41,371 bases of DNA. It comes from Kosmotogaceae bacterium (GTDB taxonomy: Bacteria; Thermotogota; Thermotogae; Petrotogales; Kosmotogaceae). The stretch is from the NCBI GenBank assembly GCA_049975465.1, contig JBNGCV010000001.1, positions 139,532 through 180,902 on the forward strand, read 5' to 3'. Shown here in pieces: positions 27,221 to 37,124 of this stretch; within the stretch, counting starts at the first letter, position 1, and each line of letters starts with the position of its first letter. Below the pieces are notes generated by a model, which was given only the letters and a program-made list of their open reading frames with translations, did not search any database and was not told the DNA's origin. Position numbers and translations under genes: made by a program.

Positions 27221-28135
27221 ATGATACTTTGGATAATACTTGCAGTAATTGTACTTATTATCGCAGCTTCCGGGATCAAAATAGTCAGACCATTCCAGAA
27301 AGGTCTGGTTGAAAGACTTGGAAGTTTCAAACGTGAAGCTGAACCCGGACTGAATTTCATAATTCCGTTCATCGAAAGAATAGTTAAGGTAGATCTTAGA
27401 GAAATGGTAATAGATGTTCCACCTCAGGAAGTAATCACCACAGATAACGTGGTGGTTACAGTGGACGCTGTTATTTACTACGAAGTGACCGATGCTTACC
27501 GTGTCGTTTATAATGTATCGAATTTTGAAAATGCTGCAATTAAGCTTGCACAAACAAACCTAAGAAATGTAATTGGTGAAATTGAACTTGATCAAACATT
27601 AACCTCAAGAGAACGTATAAACGTTAAGTTGAGAGAAGTTCTTGACGACGCTACAGACAAATGGGGAGTTAAGGTAACACGTGTTGAAATAAAGAAAATT
27701 GACCCGCCACAGGACATCATGGAAGCCATGTCTAAACAGATGAAGGCTGAACGAACGAAGAGAGCGGTTATTCTGGAAGCTGAAGGATATCGTCAATCAG
27801 AGATCACCAGAGCTGAAGGTGATAAAAGATCAGCAATCTTAAAGGCTGAAGGTGAAGCTGAGGCAATAAAGAGAGTAGCTGACGCAAACAAATACAAACT
27901 TACCGCTGAAGCTGAAGGACAAGCTGCAGCTATTATGAAGGTATTCAAAGGCATACATGAAGGTAATCCAACAAGCGACCTTATTGCAATAAGATATCTT
28001 GACGCATTGAAGGATATAGCTGATGGAAAAGCCAGTAAAATCTTTTTACCCTTTGAATCTTCAAGCCTGTTGAGTAGTGTGGCATCTATCGCTGAATTAT
28101 TTAAAGATAACAAAGAAAATAAAGAAGAAGAATAG
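27221..28135 (+). CDS. SPFH/band 7 (stomatin/slipin-like) protein
   Basis: N-terminal TM, SPFH core ([33 protein letters not shown]) and a coiled-coil C-terminus. Confidence 0.9.
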   Translation: MILWIILAVIVLIIAASGIKIVRPFQKGLVERLGSFKREAEPGLNFIIPFIERIVKVDLREMVIDVPPQEVITTDNVVVTVDAVIYYEVTDAYRVVYNVSNFENAAIKLAQTNLRNVIGEIELDQTLTSRERINVKLREVLDDATDKWGVKVTRVEIKKIDPPQDIMEAMSKQMKAERTKRAVILEAEGYRQSEITRAEGDKRSAILKAEGEAEAIKRVADANKYKLTAEAEGQAAAIMKVFKGIHEGNPTSDLIAIRYLDALKDIADGKASKIFLPFESSSLLSSVASIAELFKDNKENKEEE

Positions 28136-28149
28136 ACGGGGTTTTTGTT

Positions 28150-28704
28150 GTGCAACATTGTGAATTCCTTACAGTAATCATTGCTCACATTATAATTTCA
28201 GTAAGTGCATTTGTACTTTCTCTTGTTACTGTATTAATAACGTACCAGTTCGAAAAAAAAAGGCACATATGGTTTAATTTACTAAACCTCCCTGCAGTTG
28301 CCTTATCCATATTCGCAGCCTATCATTTTTTTGAACATAACAAGTTACTGCTTTTCGTTATATTGTTGTCTATAGGTTATCTATATTTTCTTAGGGAACT
28401 CAATATAAGGATAATGAGCTTCGATGTTTCCTTTAGAATTATTTATCTATCAATGGGCTTCACAAGAAATGAATATTTGAAAAACCTACTGCTTTCGGAA
28501 AGCAAACTGTTTTTTGTTAGATCATTAATTACATTCATCCTAATTTCAACCATTGCAGATATATTCCGTGAATTAATTTCAATCATTTCCACCAATTGCT
28601 ACAGTGAGATAATAGTATTCTTTATGGGACTTCTAGTGGTCCTCTGCGTAATAAACTGGACAAAAAAAGATATTGTAAAGAATAGTTCAAAATTCCCCTC
28701 ATAA
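28150..28704 (+). CDS. Hypothetical polytopic membrane protein
   Basis: 4-5 predicted hydrophobic helices; GTG start; co-directional with nfeD-SPFH. Confidence 0.45.
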   Translation: MQHCEFLTVIIAHIIISVSAFVLSLVTVLITYQFEKKRHIWFNLLNLPAVALSIFAAYHFFEHNKLLLFVILLSIGYLYFLRELNIRIMSFDVSFRIIYLSMGFTRNEYLKNLLLSESKLFFVRSLITFILISTIADIFRELISIISTNCYSEIIVFFMGLLVVLCVINWTKKDIVKNSSKFPS

Positions 28705-28749
28705 ATGTATGTTATTATACCCCAAGTAGGTATAAATAAGGAGGTATTT

Positions 28750-29397
28750 TCTATGGCAGAACAATTATTAAACAAAGACGTAAGAAAACAGGTGGTAGAG
28801 ATACTGGGAAACATGGATGGTGAAGTTAAGCTGTTGTTGTTTGTTAAAGATAAATGTGACTTCTGCGACACAGTTGTTTCTCTTTTGAGCGAACTGACGG
28901 AGGTTGGAGAGAAAGTCAATTTTGAAAAGTACAATATTGACTCCGAGGTTGCAAAAAACTATCACATAAATGATGCCCCGGCAATAGTTCTTCTAACTCC
29001 CGAAGGAAAGGACAAAGGTGTAAGGTTTTATGGTATACCTTCTGGACATGAATTTGGCACATTGCTTCAGGACATAGTGAATTTCTCAAAAGGTGCTTTA
29101 TCAAGTATTTCTGAAGAATCACAGAAAAAGATAACAGAGATAGATAAGGATATTGATATTAAAGTATTCATTACTCCAACCTGTCCTTACTGTCCAAAAG
29201 CAGTAATAACTGCTCACAATATCGCAATGCTCAACGATAGAATAACAGCTTCCATGATAGAAGCTAACGAATTTAAAGAGCTGTCTATGAAACATGGTGT
29301 TAGTTCAGTTCCTCATATTGTAATAAATGACAATGTCGAATTTGTAGGTGCTTATCCTGAAGAGCAGTTTGTTGATGAAGTTTTAAAAGCTGTTTAG
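28750..29397 (+). CDS. Glutaredoxin-like protein disulfide oxidoreductase with two thioredoxin-fold units (Pyrococcus PDO / T. maritima grx-like type)
   Basis: Two CxxC sites (CDFC and CPYC), each in a thioredoxin-like unit. Strong RBS AAGGAGGT before ATG 28750; the track start at 28705 lacks an RBS. Confidence 0.8.
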   Translation, partial: SMAEQLLNKDVRKQVVEILGNMDGEVKLLLFVKDKCDFCDTVVSLLSELTEVGEKVNFEKYNIDSEVAKNYHINDAPAIVLLTPEGKDKGVRFYGIPSGHEFGTLLQDIVNFSKGALSSISEESQKKITEIDKDIDIKVFITPTCPYCPKAVITAHNIAMLNDRITASMIEANEFKELSMKHGVSSVPHIVINDNVEFVGAYPEEQFVDEVLKAV

Positions 29398-29409
29398 GAG
29401 GTCTTTACT

Positions 29410-30366
29410 ATGGCATTTTTTGATGTCAGTAGCGCTAAAAAAACTACAGACTTGAAAAGTGAATACGATGTAATAATTATCGGTGGTGGACCTGGTGGAA
29501 TCACTGCAAGTATTTATGCAGTTCAGGCTGGCCTTGAACCACTTGTGATTGAAAAGGCGCTTGAAGGTGGCCAGATGAATAATACTGACAAAGTAGAAAA
29601 TTGGCCTGGATTTTCTTCAATATCTGGTGTTGATTTATCCGAAAAAATGGCTCAACACGCACAAGATCATAATGTGAAGATAACAAATGCAGAAGTAGTT
29701 GATATAAAAGCAGGTAGAATTAAAACAGTCATACTTGACAATGGCAAAGAAGTAAAAGCTCGCGTTTTAATAATTGCAACTGGCTCAAACCCAAAAAAGC
29801 TTGGTGTCCCTGGAGAAAAAAAGTTTTCTGGAAAAGGAATTTCGTATTGTGCTACCTGTGATGGCCACTTTTTTAGAGATAAACACATTGCGGTTGTTGG
29901 AGGCGGAAATAGCGCTCTTGATGAAGCTCTTTATCTGGCAAAAATAGTAAAGAAAATTACTGTTGTTCAGAATTTACCCGATTTAACAGCAGACAAAATG
30001 TTGCAAAAACGAATTAAGGAAACGGGAATCACTGATTTTATTTATAACACCGTGGTAAAAGAAGCAAAGGGTAATGATAAACTAGACAAACTTATACTCA
30101 AGAATGTTAAAACAGATGAAGAAACCGAACTTGATGTTGACGGTGCATTTGTTTTTATAGGTATGAATCCAAACACAAAATTTCTTAAGGAAAAAGTTGA
30201 ATTGAATGATTACGGTTATATAGTAACAAATGATCACTGTGAAACCAATATCGAAGGCATTTACGCAGTAGGAGATGTAAGAGAAAAGGAAGTTAGACAA
30301 ATAGTGACTGCTGCGGCTGACGGAGCAATAGCATTACTCGACGCGTCGAAAAGGTATTTTCAATAA
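29410..30366 (+). CDS. trxB: Thioredoxin-disulfide reductase
   Basis: FAD motif IIIGGGPGGITAS, redox-active CATCDG, NAD(P) motif VVGGGNSALDEA. Confidence 0.9.
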   Translation: MAFFDVSSAKKTTDLKSEYDVIIIGGGPGGITASIYAVQAGLEPLVIEKALEGGQMNNTDKVENWPGFSSISGVDLSEKMAQHAQDHNVKITNAEVVDIKAGRIKTVILDNGKEVKARVLIIATGSNPKKLGVPGEKKFSGKGISYCATCDGHFFRDKHIAVVGGGNSALDEALYLAKIVKKITVVQNLPDLTADKMLQKRIKETGITDFIYNTVVKEAKGNDKLDKLILKNVKTDEETELDVDGAFVFIGMNPNTKFLKEKVELNDYGYIVTNDHCETNIEGIYAVGDVREKEVRQIVTAAADGAIALLDASKRYFQ

Positions 30367-30408
30367 TCAATTATAATGAGTAATTAGATTTTTAAACTAC
30401 TTATTATA

Positions 30409-31386
30409 CTATTTATATGACTCGATGATGGTTATCTTGCCTTCATCGAGTTCCATTTTTACCCAGCTACCAACCGGGAGAGTAATTTTGTCAAAACTAT
30501 CGTGATAAACGGGCAATCCCAACCACACAGGTATATTTGAAGAAGCGAAATAGGTTCTTATTGTTTTTTTGAGTTCACTTAAATCTCCATTTCTTATGTT
30601 ACTAAATCCAGCAAACACGACTCCTCTTAATTCACTGTATTTATCAAGATGAGCAATATTCCACAACATTCTTTCAAATGAATGCAAGGTTTCACCAATA
30701 TCTTCGAGTACAAGAATGCAATTTTTTAATGAACCGATGTATTCAGTCCCCTGAAGAGTTTTAAAAAGTGAAAGATTACCCACAATAAGTTTTCCTATCA
30801 TGTCTCCTGGTACTATAGCCTCAGATGGATAATCAAACTCAATCACTTTATTACCTTCTACTACAGAAAGCATCTGTTCTATCAAACTTGCATTGTCATC
30901 CAATTCTACAGATACCATTGGACCATGATATGTAATCAGTTTACTCTTAAAATGCAATGCAAGAAGTAAAGCAGTTATATCGCTGTAACCGACAAGTGGT
31001 TTTGGATTATTTCTTATCGTTTCCCAGTCAAGATAATCTAACAGTTCGAATGATCCAAATCCACCCCTGGAAGTAATAATCAAATCAATTTCAGGATCTT
31101 CAAAGGCTTGCATTAATTCATTGGCCTTTTCTCTTGCTGTTAAGTAGGCGTTGCAACTTTCACCAACAATAACATTTAACCCGTATGTTCTGAGGTTATC
31201 AATTCCATTCCCGAGTGAATAGTAATCCGGAAGTGCAGCTGGGGATGTAACGAAAACCGTTTTTATGTTTCTTATATAATTTGTTGTATCTTCCAGTTCA
31301 ATCAGTTCTAGTGTATTTGAATTAATTCCTTTAGGCAACAAAAAAAACAAACAAATCAACATTAAAAAAAAGACGCGCTTAAGCAT
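30409..31386 (-). CDS. ldcA: S66 family LD-carboxypeptidase (LdcA-like), secreted
   Basis: Signal peptide; TSRGGFGS and GYSDITAL (Ser nucleophile) motifs. Confidence 0.75.
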   Translation of the reverse strand: MLKRVFFLMLICLFFLLPKGINSNTLELIELEDTTNYIRNIKTVFVTSPAALPDYYSLGNGIDNLRTYGLNVIVGESCNAYLTAREKANELMQAFEDPEIDLIITSRGGFGSFELLDYLDWETIRNNPKPLVGYSDITALLLALHFKSKLITYHGPMVSVELDDNASLIEQMLSVVEGNKVIEFDYPSEAIVPGDMIGKLIVGNLSLFKTLQGTEYIGSLKNCILVLEDIGETLHSFERMLWNIAHLDKYSELRGVVFAGFSNIRNGDLSELKKTIRTYFASSNIPVWLGLPVYHDSFDKITLPVGSWVKMELDEGKITIIESYK

Positions 31387-31611
31387 AAAAAACCTCCATT
31401 AGCGCAATTCTTAACTAAATTATTATAACCCAGATCAATTTGAATGACCACAACATATTATCAGGGCAAAAGTATTCAGACGACTTATCATAAATCTTGT
31501 AATTTAGCCATAACCCAGTAAAATAAAATATGCCGTCGTTATTTGAACTTAAACATAGATTACAGCCAATAATAACTTCTCATTATATATAATCTCAATT
31601 AATAGTCATAC

Positions 31612-31658
31612 TTGACTTTTTTCACACTTTGAATTTAATAACCTAAATGTTGTATAGT
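31612..31658 (+). promoter_or_regulatory. Candidate promoter(s) for the sugar ABC operon (TTGACT at 31612; TTGAAT - 18 nt - TATAGT at 31629-31658)
   Basis: Sigma-70-like hexamers in the 300-bp AT-rich divergent intergenic region, about 30 nt upstream of the SBP ATG. Confidence 0.3.
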
Positions 31659-31688
31659 TAAAATGACTCTAAGAAAAGGGGTGATTTT

Positions 31689-32849
31689 ATGAAAAAATTA
31701 CTACTTGTAGTGTTTGTTTTGGCTGCTACGATCTTCATGGGCCAGCAAATAACGGTTATTGGTCCATGGTCTGGAGCAGAAAAGGATGCTTTTATGCCTG
31801 TTCTTGAAAAATTTGAAGAACAGACAGGTATTGAAGTTCAGTACCAGATTTACAGAGCTGAAGACCTCGCTAATCTCTTACCAGCGCAATTCGCAACCAA
31901 ACGAACACCTGGTGATGTAATTTTCATGTGGACATCTTTTATGGAGAAAAACACCGAACACATCGTAAATCTCTCAGACATAATAAAACCTGAAAATTTC
32001 AGACCTGGAGCACTGGATAATGTAACAGTAGATGGTGAAATTATTGGAATCCCGTACACAGGAAAGGTTAAACCGGGTTTCTGGTACAGAAAGTCTTTCT
32101 TTGAGGAACATGGTTTAACAGAACCAAAAACATGGGATGAATTTGTTGCACTGCTTGAAGATATTTCAAAAATTGAAGGAATAACCGCTCCTATTGCAAG
32201 CGGCAATGGAGTAGGTTGGCCGCTATCCGATGTTACTGAGCATTTCATTCTTACCTTTGGTGGTGCTGAGCTCCAAAAAGACCTTATCGCAGGTAACGTT
32301 AATTGGACAAGTGAAACAGCCAAGAAACCTATAAACAAGCTGGCTAGTCTGTTATCAGAAGGATATTTTGGCGAACCAGTTGAATGGACTACTGTTTTAG
32401 AACAATGGTGGCAAGGACAGTATGGTCTTTACTTCATGGGCCAGTGGCTAACCGGGATGGTAGATGATCCTTCAGATTTAGGTGTACTGGCACTTCCTGG
32501 TAATGAAGCTGTTGTATTTGCACTCGATTACGCGTTCATACCAAAATATTCGAAAAATGTTGATGCAGCAAAACAGCTAATTGAATTCTTAGCAGGACCT
32601 GAAGGACAGACAGCTCAGGTAGAACAGGGTGGACATATTGCCTCAGCTAACGGAGTACCGCTCGATGCCTATCCACCTGTTGACAGAGAAATAGCTGAGC
32701 TTCTTGAAGGAAAAGCAACAGTCAACGATCTTGATGATTCTATTGGTGGTATGTGGCAGACAACTTTCTGGGATCAATTGAAGCTTCTCTGGGTTAGACC
32801 TGGAAGATTGGATTCTGTTCTCGAATCACTTCAGTCAAATATGCCATAA
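31689..32849 (+). CDS. Sugar ABC transporter substrate-binding protein (family 1 SBP; MalE/TreS-like)
   Basis: Signal peptide/anchor MKKLLLVVFVLAATIF followed by a periplasmic binding fold. Confidence 0.85.
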   Translation: MKKLLLVVFVLAATIFMGQQITVIGPWSGAEKDAFMPVLEKFEEQTGIEVQYQIYRAEDLANLLPAQFATKRTPGDVIFMWTSFMEKNTEHIVNLSDIIKPENFRPGALDNVTVDGEIIGIPYTGKVKPGFWYRKSFFEEHGLTEPKTWDEFVALLEDISKIEGITAPIASGNGVGWPLSDVTEHFILTFGGAELQKDLIAGNVNWTSETAKKPINKLASLLSEGYFGEPVEWTTVLEQWWQGQYGLYFMGQWLTGMVDDPSDLGVLALPGNEAVVFALDYAFIPKYSKNVDAAKQLIEFLAGPEGQTAQVEQGGHIASANGVPLDAYPPVDREIAELLEGKATVNDLDDSIGGMWQTTFWDQLKLLWVRPGRLDSVLESLQSNMP

Positions 32850-32870
32850 TAGAAATGATTATTGATTTTA

Positions 32871-32896
32871 GCGGGACCCTTGTGGTCCCGTTTTAA
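32871..32896 (+). terminator. Intercistronic hairpin (partial terminator/attenuator) between the SBP and permease genes
   Basis: CGGGACC-cttgt-GGTCCCG followed by TTTTAATT. Such hairpins are common in ABC operons, where they give excess SBP transcript. Confidence 0.5.
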
Positions 32897-32913
32897 TTGA
32901 AGGGGGAGATTAA

Positions 32914-33804
32914 ATGGAATTAAGAAAAGCCCGCATCAGCAATTTTGTTGTGTTCGTTTTACCCGCATTGTTTTTACTGGCTGTTTTTGTTCTTTATCCT
33001 ACCTTTAGAACGATATTCATGAGTTTTGTAGGTCCCGAAGGAGAGTTAACTCTTCAAAATTATCAAAGTGTTTTTGCCAGTGGAGATATAATTAATTTCA
33101 AAAACATTCAGCAGGGTCAATTCCCCTTTGGAACCCTCGTACATAATGCCTTATGGATTGCCATACATTTGCCACTTACCACATTTCTTGGTTTATTCCT
33201 TGCTACCTTACTCAGAGATGTTAAAGGTGGAGCAATAATAAAATCGGTAATATTTCTCGGTATGGTCATGCCTCTGGTTGTTGGGGGTATAATGATACGT
33301 TTTATGTTTGATGGAAACATTGGTATAGTAAACCTGTTTTTTAAAACACTTGGATTACCCACTCAAACATGGACCGCTTACCCCGAAACCTCCCTATTGG
33401 CTTTGATTTTCGGTTCGGTTTGGTTATGGACCGGATTCAGCATGATCATTTATTCAGCTGGACTTGAGACAATCCCAAAAACCTACTATGAAGCCGCTGA
33501 AATCGACGGAGCTTCTAAATTAAGAATTTTCTTTAGTATAACCATACCCATGTTAAAACCCATAACAGTGGTTGTGGTTACCATGACACTTTTGTGGGAA
33601 CTTAAAATATTTGACATCGTATACGTAGCTACAATGGGAGGTCCTGGAGGTTCCTCAAATGTTCTCGCCCTTCAAATGTATTTGTATGGATTCAGAGCGT
33701 GGGATTTCAATAAAGCTGCGGTAATGGCCGTTCTAATTACAGGTTTAACCATATTTGCAGCTATACCACTAATAAGATCGGCCGGAGAGGAGAATGTCCA
33801 ATGA
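32914..33804 (+). CDS. Sugar ABC transporter permease (MalF/UgpA type)
   Basis: Six TM helices; EAA loop EAAEIDGASKLRIFFSITIPMLKP. Confidence 0.9.
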   Translation: MELRKARISNFVVFVLPALFLLAVFVLYPTFRTIFMSFVGPEGELTLQNYQSVFASGDIINFKNIQQGQFPFGTLVHNALWIAIHLPLTTFLGLFLATLLRDVKGGAIIKSVIFLGMVMPLVVGGIMIRFMFDGNIGIVNLFFKTLGLPTQTWTAYPETSLLALIFGSVWLWTGFSMIIYSAGLETIPKTYYEAAEIDGASKLRIFFSITIPMLKPITVVVVTMTLLWELKIFDIVYVATMGGPGGSSNVLALQMYLYGFRAWDFNKAAVMAVLITGLTIFAAIPLIRSAGEENVQ

Positions 33805-34637
33805 GAAAGAAAAGACTTGCTGGTAACATATTGAAAAACTCACTGGGATGGATAATTGCACTTGTATGGATTCTGCCCATAGCTGGAATATTTATGACTG
33901 CTATCAGACCTTACAGCGAAGTAATCAATGGCTGGTGGCAATTTGAAGAGTTCAATCCAACTTTTTCTAATTTTACAGGTGCATTGTTTCATGAATCGTC
34001 TCCTCTTTTACAGGGTATGATTAATTCGTTGTATATAGCAGTTCCAGCAACTATTATTCCCCTTATACTGGCTACAATGGCTGGTTACGGAATCGCCAGA
34101 TACCGATTTCCTTTCAGGAAAACGTTTATTATAACCGTGGTAATGACTCTGGCTCTGCCCCAACAAATGATAGCTGTGCCAATATTCCAAATAATGAGTA
34201 GCCTGGGACTTGTTGACAGTTTTTGGGGCCTGATACTTGTTCATACAGCATGGGGTATTCCCTGGACAACGTTTTTCATGAGAAATTATTTCAAAACGTT
34301 GCCGGTAACCATTGAAGAAGCTGCAAGAATAGATGGTGCTTCGGATTCCCAGATATTTTTCAGAGTCGTATTGCCAAATGCATTTCCCGCTATAGCCTCA
34401 GCTGCCGCACTTCAATTCACGTGGGTCTGGAGTGACTTTTTCCTGGCATTAATTCTCATCTATTCTCCAAGCAAAATACTTGCTACACAACGCATACCGC
34501 TAATGAGAGGGCAGTATCAGGTAGATTGGGGCCTTCTGTCAGCGGCATCAATTCTAGTTATGATTGTTCCTATAATGATATATATACTTCTACAACGTTA
34601 CTATGTGAGAGGAATGGTGGGCTGGACCATAAAATAA
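33801..34637 (+). CDS. Sugar ABC transporter permease (MalG/UgpE type)
   Basis: EAA loop EEAARIDGASDSQIFFRVVLP. Overlaps the upstream gene by 4 nt. Confidence 0.9.
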   Translation: MRKKRLAGNILKNSLGWIIALVWILPIAGIFMTAIRPYSEVINGWWQFEEFNPTFSNFTGALFHESSPLLQGMINSLYIAVPATIIPLILATMAGYGIARYRFPFRKTFIITVVMTLALPQQMIAVPIFQIMSSLGLVDSFWGLILVHTAWGIPWTTFFMRNYFKTLPVTIEEAARIDGASDSQIFFRVVLPNAFPAIASAAALQFTWVWSDFFLALILIYSPSKILATQRIPLMRGQYQVDWGLLSAASILVMIVPIMIYILLQRYYVRGMVGWTIK

Positions 34638-34658
34638 TTTTTCAGGAAGCGATTGTTT

Positions 34659-35804
34659 ATGAGAATTGAAGAAATTCGCTGGGATAATTTAACAAAGTTA
34701 CTCGAATTACTTCTGGTCAGGAAGCGCACTCCTAGAAAAACCATAGTTAAGAAACTAAATGTACGAAACTCAACGTTGACTTATCTGGCAGGAGAACTTA
34801 ACAAGCACAACATGGTTAAAATTGAAAGAGAAGTTTCTGGACGCGGAAGACCCAGACATTATATTTCGCTAAATGACAACTATGGCAATTTTTTTGGTGT
34901 AAAAATCGGAAGAGAATCTGTAAAGACCAGTGTCTTTACCTTTTCACTCAAAAAGATAAAGGAATCTACGATAGCACTGGAATATCCATTTACAAAAAAT
35001 CTAGAAAAAATAAAAAATGTGATGACAGAACTTGTAAAGAAATACAAACCTCTATCTATAGGAATAGCAATTTCTGGAACTGTAGATATTAATGAATGTT
35101 CGATCACTACATCCCCTATTCTTGGCACCAATGAGAGCAATTTCGAAGAAATTATTAAAAAGTACAACTGCGAAGTTGTATTATGCAATGATGTTGATGC
35201 TTTAAACATCGGTCAACTGGTGAAAACAGGGAGAATTGAGCAATCTTCATTAACAATAACCTTTGGAATAGGCATCGGAGCTTCTTATTACGATAGTGTT
35301 GACATACTTCTGGGAAGTGATGGAAAATCTGCACTTGAATTCGGACACAGCAGGGTTGACTACAATGGTGAAAAGTGCTATTGTGGAGGAACTGGTTGTC
35401 TTGAAACGGTAGCCTCTGAATACTGTCTCGTAAAAGACAAAGCAAAAAACATAAATAATTTTGTGCGTAACTTTGAACATTATAAAGACAGGCTGAATGA
35501 AATCCGTGAGTCAGCAAAACATAATTCTATTGACAAAAAATACAACGAAATACTGGATAGATTGTCATACCATGTTTCTAGTCTATCTCTTTTACTTCGT
35601 CCGGATATAATTTGGATTGGTGGAGAAGGCGTGGTAAACAAGTGGATATTCCTTAAAATCAAAAATGGTATAAATAAATATTTAGGTGGCAGTTATTGGA
35701 AACTTAACCCCGAAATAAATCAAATCTCTCTGCCGGATATCTGGGAGAGAGGAGCTGCTTTTCTTGCACTCAGAAAACATGTAAGAAGCGCATTAAAGAA
35801 TTAA
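34659..35804 (+). CDS. ROK family transcriptional regulator (N-terminal wHTH plus sugar-kinase-like domain)
   Basis: ROK zinc motif CYCGGTGCLETVAS, an N-terminal HTH region, RBS AGGAAG. Confidence 0.85.
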   Translation: MRIEEIRWDNLTKLLELLLVRKRTPRKTIVKKLNVRNSTLTYLAGELNKHNMVKIEREVSGRGRPRHYISLNDNYGNFFGVKIGRESVKTSVFTFSLKKIKESTIALEYPFTKNLEKIKNVMTELVKKYKPLSIGIAISGTVDINECSITTSPILGTNESNFEEIIKKYNCEVVLCNDVDALNIGQLVKTGRIEQSSLTITFGIGIGASYYDSVDILLGSDGKSALEFGHSRVDYNGEKCYCGGTGCLETVASEYCLVKDKAKNINNFVRNFEHYKDRLNEIRESAKHNSIDKKYNEILDRLSYHVSSLSLLLRPDIIWIGGEGVVNKWIFLKIKNGINKYLGGSYWKLNPEINQISLPDIWERGAAFLALRKHVRSALKN

Positions 35805-37033
35805 TTAGTGAAGTCCCTGAATAACTTAAGATAATCTGTCAAATGTCTTGTTATCAGAAACTCTTTTCGTACTATTTCCTTTCCATTTTCTCCCAATTTT
35901 CTTTTCAAATTCTCATCGGAAAGGATTTTTCTTGTTGCTTCAACCGCTTCTTCAGTACTGCTGACCAAGTAGCCGTTGTGGTTGTCCTTTATTTGCAAAG
36001 GAATGCCACCAACATTGCCTCCAACAACAGGTGTCCCTTTCCATAGAGCTTCACTGACAGTGAGTGCAAAGCCTTCTCTCAAAGATTTTTGAAGCACTAC
36101 ATCACTCACTTTTTGTGCAGCATTCACTTCAACGTTTCCAACATCGTGAAAGTTAGTGTACACGCCAACATCATAATCCCTGCCAGCATATCGCAAAATA
36201 TCTTCATAAATCTGCCATCCTTCAGGATCATCAGAGGCCATTGAGCCTATCATTAACAATTGAAGTTCATTAAAGGATTTTTTCAATTCTCTGTACACAT
36301 CCACAACACCAAGAGGATCTTTCCAGGGATCAAACCTTGAAACCTGTGTAATTAAAGGTTTTTCAGCATTTATTTTTAGCTTAGTACAGGCCTTTCTTAA
36401 TTCTTCATCAGTCAATTCTCTGTTTTTATCGCTAAGTGGATCAATAGAAGGTGCAATTTCTCTTATTTCAGGAAAACCGAACTCACCAGCATAAGATTCT
36501 AGTGTGAAAACAGCACAAGAATATCCAGAAGTAAAACGCTTTAAAAAATCCAGATATTGCTTGTTTGGTGTTGATGTATCAATATGGCATCTCCATATAA
36601 CCTTTGCTTTTCCAAAATCATAGAATTCAGGTAAAGCAAAGGGTTGAGGGTCATGAATAATTACAACATCATAGTTTCGTGCATCTAATTCTTCTGCGTT
36701 TTTCTTTGTTGTTTCAATATAAAGGTCTTTAACGTGTTTTTCAATAACATCCTCTTTGCCCTGAAGTGCATTGTGCATTCTTTTCGTAAATTCGTAAAAT
36801 TCTTTCTCTGCCTCCATTACTTTCCATTCAACGTCGATACCAGCGTCTTTCATTAAAGGAACCAGCGTGTGAAGAATTTCAGCCACTCCTCCACCAAAGG
36901 CTGTAGCATTGACATGTAATACTCTCATTCCTTTAACTTTATCGATTAATTCAAATAATTCGTCTCTCTTTTCCCGGTCCATGAACTTTAGATAATTATC
37001 AACTCGTTTCTCTGCAAACTGTACTGTCTTCAT
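35801..37033 (-). CDS. treT: Trehalose glycosyltransferring synthase TreT-like GT4 glycosyltransferase
   Basis: VLHVNATAFGGGVAEILHTLVPL...FHNALQG, IITQVSRFDPWKD, DDPEGW, and GT4 EX7E (REGFALTVSEALWKGTPVV). These closely resemble characterised archaeal/Thermotoga TreT. RBS AGGAGGTG. Confidence 0.75.
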   Translation of the reverse strand: MKTVQFAEKRVDNYLKFMDREKRDELFELIDKVKGMRVLHVNATAFGGGVAEILHTLVPLMKDAGIDVEWKVMEAEKEFYEFTKRMHNALQGKEDVIEKHVKDLYIETTKKNAEELDARNYDVVIIHDPQPFALPEFYDFGKAKVIWRCHIDTSTPNKQYLDFLKRFTSGYSCAVFTLESYAGEFGFPEIREIAPSIDPLSDKNRELTDEELRKACTKLKINAEKPLITQVSRFDPWKDPLGVVDVYRELKKSFNELQLLMIGSMASDDPEGWQIYEDILRYAGRDYDVGVYTNFHDVGNVEVNAAQKVSDVVLQKSLREGFALTVSEALWKGTPVVGGNVGGIPLQIKDNHNGYLVSSTEEAVEATRKILSDENLKRKLGENGKEIVRKEFLITRHLTDYLKLFRDFTN

Positions 37034-37124
37034 AGCAACACCTCCTATGTTAACAATTATAATATATTTTGTTCATTATTTGAATAATATGCAGGTCACG
37101 CATCAAAACTCTGTTTTATGTATA

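Noticed and set aside
31582-31593. 12-bp palindrome ATTATATATAAT upstream of the SBP gene
   Set aside because: It is a pure A/T palindrome in an ~80 % AT region and is expected by chance. I did not call it as a regulator binding site.
37034-37124. Terminator between the Gfo/Idh/MocA gene and treT
   Set aside because: No convincing GC-rich hairpin plus T-run. The region instead holds a TATAAT-like box and the treT SD (AGGAGGTG), so it is more likely an internal promoter or coupling region.
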